A stretch of DNA of 61,430 bases, filler included. It is 10 parts of 10 records of this genome, joined end to end, with 100 filler letters (N's around TTAATTAATTAA, not from the genome) between each part and the next. Parts side by side here need not be neighbours in the genome. Positions count along the whole stretch, not along the records: positions 16,995 to 28,684 come from SRR7504441_2636; positions 28,785 to 36,191 come from SRR7504441_2638; 8 more parts are not named here. One strand, 5' to 3'. Of the stretch, positions 21,268-34,000 are shown piece by piece. Every line of letters begins with the position of its first letter. Position 1 is the first letter of the stretch. Both the position numbers and the translations under genes were made by a program. Below the pieces are notes generated by a model. The model saw nothing but the letters and a program-made list of their open reading frames with translations. It had not been told where the DNA came from and ran no database searches.

Positions 21268-24200
21268 ATGCCCTTTGGGCGACAAGGCATGTGGCTGGCA
21301 CGCCTGTGTGTGCTCTACTCGTCCTTGTGTTGTGCGCTGGCCCGGCCGCCAGTCTTGCCCGGGCTCGGCCCGAGAGAGCCATCGGCCCCGACAAGGCTGG
21401 TTGCACCCCGGCCCCAGGCGCGGCCGGCCCTCATGGGAGATCTCCCCCCGCCCTACCACCGGCCCCAAGGCCCGGACCCGGGCCGCCGGAGAGCGACCCG
21501 CCCTCGCGGCCGATCGGCCAAGGCGCCCGAGCAAGCGGCGACCCACGCAATCGCCCGAAGGAAGGTGCGGCCCATGGCGCCCGGGACCAGACGCGAGGAG
21601 ACTATCGCTCAGCCCCTGTCCCCGGCTGCGGACAACTCCACCAATTACACCTGTTCGTGCGGCGGTGCCGAGCAAGATTGCGCTGTGCTCACAGACCTCT
21701 ATGTGGCCACCGACGGCCCCGGCTGGGCGGAGAGTACCGGCTGGTGCGACGGCGGGGATCCGTGCGGAGGGAGCAATGGGACTGGCGGCTGGTTTGGAGT
21801 GCTGTGCGACGGGCCGCCGACGAAAGTGCGGGTGGTGACGCTCGAATACAACGACCTGGCGGGGAGCATCTCTCAGTCGCTGGGCCAGCTTGGCACGCTC
21901 GAGTCGCTGGTGATGACAGGAAACTACGACATCACAGGCAGTCTGCCCCCGGCACTGAGCAGCCTGAGTGCACTGGTCACGCTCGATCTGCAGCAATGCA
22001 GCCGGCTGTCGGGCACCATCCCCCCGGAGCTCTCCTCAATGGCCGCCCTCCGTCAGCTGGCGCTCTCAGACACCTCGCTCTCTGGATCGGTCCCTGCGGC
22101 GCTCAGCCGTTTGGCGGCGATGGGTGGTGTGATCGAAGAGTCCGAAAGTCACGAGGCGGAGGCGCAGGCCAGCAACAGCACCAGCAGCACCAACGGCAGC
22201 AACGGTACCAACAGCGCCAACAGCACCCTGGCTGACTGCGTGCCGCCTGAGTGCGTGCAGCATGAGAGCTGCACCCCGATCCAGAGAGCGACGTGTCTGA
22301 GAGCCAAAACCAAAGCTGATAATGCTGATACCACCGGTCGGCCTGGGGAGCATCGCCGCCGCGCATTTGGTGGCGGAGACGAGCCCCGAATAAAGCCCCC
22401 AGACAAGACGGGCAGGCCTGGTGAGGGTGGTAGAGGTGGCAAGGTGATCGAGGAGATTGACGAGGACCGCAACGAAAGGCTCAAGCCGGAGCCGGAAGAG
22501 GCCGGTAGAGGTGACTTCGGCCCTGCTCAGGGAACCGCAACCGGCACCGGAAATGTCTACGGTGAGCAGGAGCAGGAGCACACGAGTATAGAAACCGCCG
22601 AGGGAGAAAACACTGCTGGGCTCTGGCTCGGGGGCAGCTCGATATCGGGAACAATCCCTAGCGAACTCGCCCGGCTGCTGGATTTGGAGACTTTGCACCT
22701 TGACAGGACGCTTGTCTCGGGCACAGTTCCGGGCGAGATCTTCAGGATGGCTCAGATGCGGGACCTTAAGCTGGCAGGGGAGCAGAAATCTAGTGCTGTA
22801 ACTAGCAGTGGGGTAATGAGTGAACATCAGGTCTACATTATTGGGGACGGGAGGATCTCGGGGTCAATTCCCTCGAATGTTGCGATGCCTGCTTTGCAGA
22901 CAATCAACCTCGGCTACAACATCCTCTCCGGCACTATCCCGACATCTTTGATGAATACATCAAACCTGACAGTACTTGAGCTTCCTTTCAACGCTCTCTC
23001 AGGAAACCTCCCACCGGTCTTGCATCTGACGTCTCTTCAAAAGTTGGTTCTGGAAGGCAATTTGTATCTCTCCGGAAGCATTCCTTCACTCTCACATCTC
23101 ACGTACCTTGACACAGTAAATATCGAAGCGACTAACATGTCAGGGACCATACCACGTGGGCTTCATCTACTGACAGCACTGAACATGCTAAATGTGGGAA
23201 AAACAAATCTGTCCGGCACCATTCCAAACACAATCGGTCACATTCAGGAGCTGGTTATTAGTCACGCTGCAGTATCAGGGACAATTCCCTCCGTGTTAGG
23301 ATTATCCAACTCCCTGCGTAGCATTCATTTCACACACCTGCGGCTTTCTGGTTCGATCCCGGCAACACTGGCCAACGCCAACTCCTCGCTCTTGGAGATG
23401 TATCTGGGGAACAACATGCTCTCAGGCACTGTGCCTTTGTTCTCGAGCCCAGAGCTAGAGGTGCTGGATGTGCAGAGTAGTGCACGTCTTTCAGGAACCA
23501 TCCCCGGGAGCATTGAGCTGCTTACTGGGCTGTGGGATTTGTTTGTCCAGGCTACAAGGATCTCCGGCAGCATCCCTGAAGCTCTCGGTAGATTGCCGAG
23601 CCTGAGGTCCTTCTATGGATACGTTAGTCGGATTTCAGGGAGCTTACCAGGCACACTGACTGTAGCTTCAAGCCTGCAGTGGCTTGCACTCGAAAATACC
23701 CGAATTTCTGGTACATTCCCGGCGAGCAAGGGAGCTTTACGGCGGATCAATGCAACCGAGGACACGCTCTTAATGAAAGGCCTGTATTTCTCAGAGACCT
23801 TGCTCTCTGGCAGCATTCCGAGCACGCTGGGAGCCTTGACCCTATTGGAGGACATATATTTCGACCGGACACATATTTCATCAAGCATCCCACCCACTCT
23901 TGCAACCTTGACCACTCTCAAATACTTGGCACTGCATGAGTGCAAGCTGCAGGGTACCAGTTTACCTGCCAAGACTGCGTGGAAGAGACTGAAATTATTT
24001 TCTGTATCCAATAATCCTGGTCTCCAAATCGATCTGAACATACTCAAAAGTATGCCAAGTGTAATCGCTGCCCTGATAGAGGTGAAACCGGAGCCACCCA
24101 AAGTTGTGCCTTTCTGAATGCCCTTTGTGTCAGGGTTGCAATATGCGAGGCACGTTGCCAACAAGCTTGAGCACAAATTTCGAACTTACCACCTTACTGC

Positions 24201-26719
24201 TCTCGCACAACCAGCTGAGTGGAACAATAGGAGAGTTATTTATCCAGGCAATGCCTAATTTGGAGGTCGTATCGCTGTCAAATAATCCCTCCATATCGGG
24301 GACCCTACCTGCATCACTCGGCGAGTTGAGTATCCTGAGCGTCTTCCTTGCAAATGGGCTTCAGGTGCCTCTGTTTGTTTGCACCTTGATTCGTCTCATA
24401 CTGGGTCGTGTACAGGTGAGTGGCAGTATTCCAAGCAGCTTTGGCAATACCAGGCGGGCTGGTCGGAAGCTCACCCATTTATCATTAGCGCGCAATCGTC
24501 TGGTTGGACCAACGACAGTGTTGGATTACTCACCAGAATTGGAGACAGTGATTATATCCGCCAACTACCTTTCATGCAATTCTGCCACACTGAACAATGC
24601 ATCAAAGTTAGCAACTGGGGTTTTCAAGGAGCCTCGCGGCGAAACACTAGCCATCATAGGTCAACTCATCATGGAGCAGACCCAGTACAATCCATTTGGA
24701 CATATAGTCCCAAAGGAGTACAACAACATCGCCCTGGCTTTTTCAGGTAACACTGAGCTCACTACCGAGGCAGGCTACCTACCACCTCTACCCTCAACCA
24801 AAATGCTCGATGCGGACAGGATACGCCAGGGAAGACACTCTGTGTTTACCGGCTATCACCAAATGAAACAACTAATCTACGTCGTGATCCCCCTGCTACT
24901 CATTGTTCATCTCCTCGCAGTGATAGCGGCAATACACTGGTCCACAGACACGGCAGACCAATCCTGGATTGCAAGGTTCAAAGCTTATAAATGGCCTGAG
25001 GAACTCATGGCTGACCCACGCCGGGTGGAGCACCGAGCAGGTGTCCTCACCTTCATTCTTTTACGGTCTCGCCGATGGGCACTGATTGCTGCTTTGTGGG
25101 GGCTCGTCTTGATTGTTGTTGACGTGGCATCGCCAGGGATTTATGACAGTGACGGTGGTTGCAGTGACCCTCTGCTTCGGGCAACCACTGCACAGATCTT
25201 GTCTCAGCCTGCATATCAATATACGCTTGCGGTGTTTCTCTCGTTGGTTAATTTGACAATGGGAGTCCTCGCAGAACATCTCTGCTCGAACACCCGAGAG
25301 TACAAAGCTCAGTGCCTGATTCGGTGTCTAGATGACTGCTGTAGTAGTGGCTCAGCAGCTGGAACTGCAGTGGCGGCCTGGCAAGCGAATATGGTGCCCA
25401 AGGACATCAAGTGGGCCAGGCGGATACTGGCCTGGGCAGCACTGCTACCAATGATGTTGCTAGGCGCGATACCGGCTGCTGCCTTTGTGCTTGCGCAGAA
25501 TGTCTCATCTGACAAGTTTTCAGAAGTTTTCAGCATCCTGGGCAACGCTTTGGTTGTGGCACTAGTGCAGCTATCATTCAATACCCTGGTGGTCCCTCCA
25601 TTCACAGGTTGGATGGCCAGGACGAAATATGGAATAAAGAACCGGGTGGCAGTCGACTCGCCCTACTGCCTCGGCTTCTTCAAGACTCAAGTGAATGCTG
25701 CATTGATTTTGGAAGTATGGACAGTCATTTTGGCTCCAATGATAATGGTTTTCATGCTCGACGAAAGCTGCCTCCGTTTCTACCTGTATTTCGACGTGCC
25801 GCTACACGAGCTGCTTGACACCTGGGGTGTCGGAGTCACGGGGTTTGATGCCTATCGTCGAGGGTTTTGTAGCCGAAAGCTTCTGACCCAGTTTGGCTAT
25901 GTTTGGCTCTCAATGAGCCTTCTTAACACATTTTGGCGCCCAACAGAGTGTCTTGTTTCGTCTTTTCCTGTCACCCAGCGACTTTATGAGAGTGTTAAAA
26001 CCAAGCTCATTCGATGTTGGAACCGCACAAGGCAGTGCTGTTTTGGGTGTGCTGCAGGAGCCAACTCTAATGGAAACAGCGACGACTACGAAGAGTCATA
26101 CCAGGCAGCCATCGACACCCAGCGCGACCTGGTCAACCTTCTCACCACGCTGGTCACAACAGCAGTCTTTGGAGGGTTTGTCCCTTATTTACTTCTGCTC
26201 TTGCCGCTTTCTGTGTGGCTCCAGTTGCCTGCACTCTCATGGTCTAGGAAGCACGACCATCAGCTCTTTGGGAAGAGGCTCGCGTCGAATGTGCTTGTGC
26301 AGTTCCCAGCTCGCAAGTTTCAACTACTCATAATGCTCTTTTCCTGGCCGTCAGCAGTTTACATTATGTTCGACTTGGAGTTTGAAATAGGCGCCATTGT
26401 GCTGTATGCTGTCCTCTGCTGCTGTACGGGTGTGCTTCTCTGGTTCTTGCGGCGGTATTGGCGTACTCGACCTAGCCATTCTGAAGATCTCTACTCTGCG
26501 CCCCAAATCCAAAAAGTTCGCGACATTGAACTGACCAAGATTGATTCTGGGAACGAGAGCATTGAGTCTGTTACAAGGAAAGATGACGGAGATCCATCAC
26601 AACATGTGACTCGGCCAGAAACCATCCTGTACGTGAATCTGAACCCATTGTCAAAGGACGAGCCCGAGGATACATGCAAAGTTGAGAAGAATGTGAGTGA
26701 CGCTACCTTGAGCATCTAA
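21268..26719 (+). CDS. Large LRR receptor-like protein: signal peptide, plant-type LRR-NT cap, many LSGTIP LRRs, multi-pass TM C-terminus, no kinase; 2 introns
   Basis: [17 protein letters not shown]...W.GV.C cap; repeated LxLxxNxLSGTIP; an intron near 24082-24133 joins the two ORFs ([12 protein letters not shown]); many hydrophobic helices after about 24870. Confidence 0.85.
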
Positions 26720-27174
26720 CGTGGACATCACAACTCTTGCACATGTCGAATGTTAGACCTTCACGACTCTTGTGTCGAATTTACTAAATTCTGTACAATT
26801 ATCATGACATTCTGTACTAGAGTTTGTAATCAAAGAGTTCTAATTAAATACATGCATCTACGTAATAACGTTTGTATTAATGAAGCACTCAAGGCCTAGG
26901 TACCCAAGGCCCATAATTAATCATCGAGACTACATCATGTAAGTCATGAATGAGGTGCGTGTACGTGTCATGCGCTAATTGCGCTTTCCGTATTATGTTT
27001 GCCGTCAACGTTGGGACATAACGATTCTATCAATTGCCAGGCACTGGTTGTGCTGATACGAGGAGGGAAGCTCGGTGACTAGACATCGCAACTGAGCTGC
27101 GCAAGCAGATCCCGAGCTATGTGTGCTGTGTACGTATGGTAAGCTATTTGTGAGGCGTGTGGTGAAGCTTGATC

Positions 27175-28684
27175 TTACCTGAAGTCGAATCGAACACGAA
27201 GCAGGTAACGCATCTTTTGCTGGTGCTTCTTGTAAATAATGTACTCGTTATATTGGAGTTCGCCGTTGCCCTTGTAATCCGCATCTGTTGTCGGCAGGCC
27301 TACTGGAACTGTAACATTGTCTGGCAAAACCACATGGGTGGTCTGATTCGGCGAGATGCTGCCTTGGCCCTTCACACTGCCAGCACTAACTTGAGCCCTG
27401 GGCGGATCGGGCTAGATGCTACCTGATGGCGCCGTCAGCAAGACCCTTGGGCAGCCGTGAGTTGCTGCGGTAGGTTCGATGCGGTGTCTCGCCCAGTGCC
27501 ACTTCTGAGAGCATCAGCAAGCCCTCTGGGTTAGCTAGGCTGGGCCAGCAGTAATTGGCACTCTTGGTGACCTAAGAACAGCCTAAACTCAGCCCCTTAG
27601 TCCATGGCAGCGCCTCACCATGTCTGCGAAGTACAGCCCTTTGCCAAACCTGCACATTTGGCTCAGATATGGTACGCAAGTAGGGCTCACATGTAGCCGG
27701 TTACTGGAGCCTCAGGAGGCGCGATCCGCAGGCCCTGTGATAGGATAGCCGCCCAGTTCCCGATCCGTGATCCGTGCCAGAGCAGCATCCGGTTGGGATC
27801 AGCAGCAAAGCCGCCCTGGGCAAACTCGTCCGCCTCGCCGTCCCTCTCGATCGCAAACACGTCGGTGATGCTCAACTTGTAGCTTTGGTGTGTCGGGCCG
27901 TGGGTGCTGGCCACGTACCGCTCAATCAGCTCAAACTCGGCCGAATCGCGCTGGAGCTCGCGCATCTGCACTCCGAGCGACTCATACTTGCAATCAAGGT
28001 CGTGCTTCTGGATCTGCTGAGCTTGTGGATCGTTCGCCAGGTGCTGTCCAATGCTGATCTGCTCGAGCATGTCTAACAGCTCCCACTTCTTCTGCACGTC
28101 CTTGCCCGTCCGGAACTGCTGCACAATCGAGCTCGGGATGCTCTCATAGAAGCGGGTTGTCTCAGCCCGAAGCTTGGAGGTGTGGATGCTTCTGGCCTGC
28201 CGGTTCTCATCCTCCTCTCCTTCTGGCGGCGGGTGGTCGAGCAAATCCTGAATCTTGAGCAGGATGCTGCGGGAGTTGTTGATCAGCTGGCTGCTGATGG
28301 CGCCTAGTGGCAGCTCGTCCACTTTGATGCCCTGCTCCTTCATCTGCTCCAGGATCGCGTCCTCATCAAAAACGAGCTGCACAAGCTCGGCCGTTCGGGG
28401 TGGCAGCGTGCAGCTGCCGGCGCTCGCTCTCGCCTTCACCTTGGGGTCGTTGCTCGTGCTCGACAACTCGACAAAGTTGTACCCTCGCGGCTGCTGCCTG
28501 AAGTTGTGCCGGTCGCTGTACTCAGTGCCACACTTCTTGACAAACCACTTCTCAAACTCGCGAATTGCTTCCGCCTTGTCCGTTGTGGGCCTGGCCGGAT
28601 ACAGCTTGAAATCGCTGTACGTCTTATTCGGGCCTTCCTCGGGCCGCTCACCAATGTTGCCCCAGTGGTTGAAGACCTGGAAGC
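27175..28684 (-). CDS. Poly(ADP-ribose) polymerase, PARP1/2-type (WGR-like, regulatory and catalytic domains), 5' truncated, 3 introns
   Basis: HWGNIG; LPLGAIS; LLWHGSR; GLRIAPPEAPVTGYM|FGKGLYFADM|VTKSANYC; LQYNEYIIY. The H-Y-E triad is intact. Confidence 0.93.
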
Positions 28685-28784
28685 NNNNNNNNNNNNNNNN
28701 NNNNNNNNNNNNNNNNNNNNNNNNNNNNTTAATTAATTAANNNNNNNNNNNNNNNNNNNNNNNNNNNNNNNNNNNNNNNNNNNN

Positions 28785-30738
28785 CCCGCTCCCCTGGTGG
28801 CCGGTGCGCGCCGGGGTGTGCTGGGTTTGATCGCTGGCAGGCAACCCGACGTTTGATAAAGGCTGCACGATAGCGAGCCCGTGCGGCACGATCGTCGACC
28901 GGGCTGTGCACGACACTACTGGGTGGAAATCAGCCATGGCCGACAAGAGCGGGCCGACGATCGACGAGGAGACGGGTGCGCTGTTTATTGATAAGACGGG
29001 CGAAGGGGTGGTGACTCTCGACTCGATGCTGTTTGTCGAGTCGGACAAGCACGACTGGGAGAGGGCCTGGGTGGCGGCTCGAAGGACCGAGTCCCAGTGC
29101 CGATTGAATAAGCAGACCCAGAGCCGCGTCGAGATCTGCTACCAAAAGATCGATACTCCGTACCGTGCTCGGGCGGCCACTGCAGCCGGAGTGCGAGCCA
29201 AGCCTTGGGCCCAACGCCCAATCACCCGACCGTCTGGGAGTCCACCTTGGCACTCGCCGTGTTCACAGCCCAAGGTGTTTGAAAGGAAGACACGGCGGGC
29301 GCGCAGTGCGCCGGTGGTTCCGCCGGGCGGCATGTGCAGTCCGATAGCGCGAGGCAAGCCGAGCTGCTATGAGCAATGGGACGACGACGCGCTGTGCGAG
29401 GGCGGTGGGCCGCGACAGTCGCCAGCCAGGCTTACGAGAGGTGGCAGGGAAGAAGCCGAGCCCGAGGGTAGTGCACAGCGAGCTGTGGCGCCGGGAGTTG
29501 GGAGACAAGAGGCCGAATACAGCCGGTGGCCCGCTGATCAGCACCCCTGGGACAAAGTGCCTGGGACGTAATGCCACAGGGAAGCCTTGGTTCAAGAGGA
29601 GTAAGACCCCAGGCGAGCTGTGGAGCTCTGGTGCCTGCTAGCCCCGGCTAGAGGTGATCTGTGTGCAGGTGAGTCTATTGGGCACCATTCCCACGGGCTT
29701 AGAGTGAACTGTAATCGCGGCCGGACGTGTGCCTCGCAACTAATGAAGGTGGCTGACAAGAAGTTTCTGCTGCCAATGCCGATGGCTCGGGTGCCTTCAA
29801 GAGAGAAGGCGGCAAGATCTGGCACTAAGGACCTGGTAAGGCCGCCTGGGTCACTCCAAATCACTGTGGCTGGTCAGGTGCTGCCCCCGAGGCAGAATCA
29901 GTTTAACCCAAAGGTTGGGTACTCGAATGTCTGGAGTCAGAAGAATACTGTCAACCCGAAGCCTGAGTATGATGACATGGACGAGAAGACTGCATACCAC
30001 ACCGGCCTTGAGGGATTCGAGAGTCAGCTGGATGCAGCAAATAGGGCTGGCATGCAAGCAAGAATCACCCAGTGGCTTGGACTTCCAAAGCCACCGCCCA
30101 GAGACCCTAACAATCCAGCACCACCCAGCCAGCCAGGCCAAGGGGATAATAGCGCAGAGGAGGTTGGTAAAGCAGGCGCTGTTCAGCTGCTGAAACTGTG
30201 TGCAGGCTGCTGAGCAGTGGCGGATATTTGAGGCGCTGCTGCCTTTGATTGAGTCCATTTCACTTGGGATGCGTGTCCCCTTTGAGCAGAAGGCCGTGGC
30301 AATGGCTCAAGTCCTGTGGTGCGTGGCTTTATGGCTGCTCCTTTGCTGACAGTACTGTTGCAGCGCATTGGAGCCAGACTACATGCCGGCAGATCTGGAG
30401 GAGGAGGGACCGAAGGTGTCTCTCAAGGAGCTGTCTTTAAGGCTGCAGTACCTTGACTGCACCATGCCGTCCGAGCTGATTGAACAGTTCTTCAAGGCGT
30501 TTGACATAGACGAGACAGGCTACGCAGATGCTGCAGCGCTGCAGCAGGTCGGGTCTCGGCTTGAGAGGTATGCGAATGGTGAATGGGATAGTCCTCCGGT
30601 GCAGGTGCGTAGGAGTGTGTCTGGTGGATGTGAGTGTGGTGTCAGGAGGGCGCGCTGATGGACGACCCTGCAGAAGGTGACGCAGACCCCGAGGAAACTC
30701 AAGAAGAGCAACCACCAGAGGACAAGCCCGAGGCTTGA
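28785..30738 (+). CDS. Hypothetical multi-exon protein with a C-terminal EF-hand-like motif (5' truncated)
   Basis: Five short GT-AG introns link the ORF pieces; FFKAFDIDETGYADAAAL near the end. Confidence 0.55.
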
Positions 30739-31010
30739 TGTACACACAATAATGTTGGCTACGACGTCTATACTAATTTTGATTAGTTTATTTCATACGT
30801 TGATACGTTTGTGCGAGGCCAGTGGCCTACTTGATTAGCTTAGAACTAGCTATAATGAATATATAATGAACATGATTGATGTCTGATTCAGACCGGTCAC
30901 GTGTAGCTGCATCTGGATTCTTAGGAACCTCGAGCACTTGCATACACACTGCTATTGCTTCTTCTGTACATGTATTCTTCTCTAGAGCCCTAGTAGAGAC
31001 CCTCTTGTGT

Positions 31011-34000
31011 CTAGTCAGATAGCTCAATCACCTCAAGACCAGCATTTGGATCCACGCGTGGTCTCTTTGGAGGCGATGCTTCTGTTTCGCATCTTTCTAG
31101 CAGCACCGCTGCAGCAAGCTTTCCCGCCTCCAAATCCAGGCTCTCGAACAATCCGTACTGCTGCTTGGACACAAAATCAGCAGCATCATTCTGAAACCGC
31201 TCAGCTACTAATCGAAGCGTTTGCAGAATAGAATCACTGGAGTCACCACTCGTCTCGAGTGAATTAATTGCTGCGCACATCTTGCTATCAATGACGTTGG
31301 CACAGGAGTCTCCTTCGAAGTCATAGATTTTCCCCTCCGGGTCAAAACTTGTGAGCAGTGCAAGCAGCTTGGTGAGCAACTCCATCTTCAGCTGACTTGG
31401 GGCGGTGGAGAGTACCGGGTCCTTCTCTAGGTCAAGTAGTGCTGCGCTAACCTCTCCAACAGTGGGGTTAGCTTCATCTCGAAGGTGGCACTTGGGCTCG
31501 ACACTCTCCCACTGTCGCTGCTGGGCCACAGCTACCTTTTCTTCGAGTGTCTCCATGAATTGGCTGATGTGTGCTCTGCAGACCTCATTCACATCAAGGT
31601 CGGACCCATCACGCTCTCTAGCAGCCTCGGCCTGGCTTGGGCCTATCTGACTCGGAGCTGTCCTCGCTTTCTTTGTGGCCGTCGCCCTTGCACAGTCGTC
31701 GCTCTGCTGTAAACCAGGAGTTGTGGTAGCTGGGTCACGTGCTCGCTTCACGTTTGGTGTAGCAGATACGACTCCGGCCTCGAGCTTCACACTATGACAC
31801 CCCCCTGCGACAGCTGCCGGTGGCATTTGATCAGGCTGCTGCTCAGGGGCTCCAGCATCAGTGGTCACGCCCTGCGCATTCTCCGCAGCCCAGCGTTGCA
31901 ACGTCTCCTGCGAGACAGAACCTCCAAACCGTCTCGCAGGAGGCATTGCAGCGCTGGGATGCGGAGGATGGTCTCGAGCCGGCAGCGACTCAGGGCCATT
32001 GGGTCTTGGTGGCTGCTGCTCGACATCCAAGACACTGCCTGAGGCGATTGCATCTCGAAGCCGCTGATCTGCGTCCTTTTCTTGCACAAAGACCAAGTCT
32101 GGCGCTGGTACAGTCATCCCCATTGCGCTAAGCTCTCGATCCAATTTGGCTCGCAGCTCGTGTAACATGGGAAGTGAAGCTTCACGAGCGCTACGGCTCT
32201 TCTGTCGGAGCACTGGATCGACGACTTCTTGCTCCCAGCACACACTCCACACACTCCTCATCTTTTCCACACTCGTGCCTGCGATGTCTCTCACCTTCTC
32301 ACCGATAGCCTTCACTAGCCCTTCCACCTTGCAAAGCAGCTGCGTGCATGCTTGAGTAAAGATGCCATCGAGGGAGTTCGATGCATGGGTCACCATAGCA
32401 TCCTTCATTCTATTAAATTTACCGGTCCCTCCAGGAACCTCGAGCACAGAGGTGTATCCGACTGTCATTCGAGACTGGATCTCTGGCTGAAGTGACCGAT
32501 TAGCATCACGCTGCTGCGAAGTTACAAATTCTCTCAAATCCACCATTGAAGCTTTCACGTGCGTGCTAATGACCTTCCCGACTTGCTCTCGCATCGGGCC
32601 AATTCGCTCCGCAGGGAACGACAATTTGCAGAGCTCTGCAGCGATGCGAGCATTCGTGTCTACACAGGCTTTCTGAACTTGTACCTCACAATGCTGGATC
32701 TGCTCTGTGAGCATAGCATTCATTGTCCGATCCCACGACCCCATCATGTCTGTCTCGACCGGATCGGCAAGCTCCTGGTTGAAGTCTATTTCGCCAGCAC
32801 TTGCAGAAACATACACCCCCTGGCGCCGCACCGTAGCATTGTATGTACTCCAATACAAGCCGCCACCATTTCGTTCTTGCTTGCTTCGCCGCTCTTTGCT
32901 ACCCCAAGACTGGACAGTAGTGAGACCTGCTTGCTTCGCCTTGGCCACTCCAGCATCAATCGCTGGCTTAAGCGAGACAGCGACCCTCTGGTCCATAGTC
33001 TTGACAATCCCAACTGCGCAGCCTTCGATTGTGCTCGTCAGTGATTCTACTTGATTGTTGAACAGAGCTTCGCCCTGTTCGCTCATGAATTGGCTAGAGT
33101 TCCCACTGTCAGAGACGTACAACATGATCCCATTGAGTAGATCCGAGGCGGAGCTCACCAGGGCCTTTGATGCGGCCTCTCGTCGAATCTCTGTAATCTG
33201 CTTCACATGTCTAGCAAGTTGAGGTACATTCGTGTCCTCGGGAGAGCGGAAGCAAGCTGGTTTGCCATCGCTCTGAGATTTGATCCCAGTGACCTGCACA
33301 CGAACTCAAGAGACAGGGCTGCTAAGCAAATACCTTCAAGTAGTCATTGGCTGAAATACAAAAGACATCGAGCTTGTGCTTAAGTATGTCTATACACCAA
33401 CAGATTAGTCCTTTGAATGCATCGCTAAGGATTCACCTTGGTGAGCTGCGCTGTTCCCATCGTCTTCATCCTGGAGTAAGTCTTGGAGCCCTGCAGTAAA
33501 ATCGTCTTGCAGTCTTGCAGTCGAGTACTCATTCCGGACTTGAGCACATAGCGGCTTGAGCTTGGCTTGAAGCTTCCGCTGTGCTCGGTTAAGCGTCCTG
33601 TTCTCGACTGCAAACACCTCAACATTCCACTGATCGAGGGCTTCCTTCGCTGCTTTGAGTACTTCCTCTAGCTCTGCAAGTTTGTCAGATCCAGCGCTGA
33701 TCTCGGACTCAAGTTCACTGATCTTAGCAGCGTCTTGCTCAGTCGAGTCTGGGTTGGCTTGCTCTAGAGACCCCTCATCCTCGGCACCACCAGCTTGCTC
33801 GCTGTCCTCCATATCATCGTCGTCACAATCTTCACTCTCATTAAACCCATCATCGGACCGAGAGTCGAAATCAGAAAAGTCCGATCCACTCTGCCTAGCA
33901 TTACGGCCTGACCGCCTTGCAGGTTTTGCGGAGGCATCATCCTTGTTCAAGATTCTAGCAATCTGCTCCTTCAGAACCTCGATGGTGTCCTTCATTTGCC

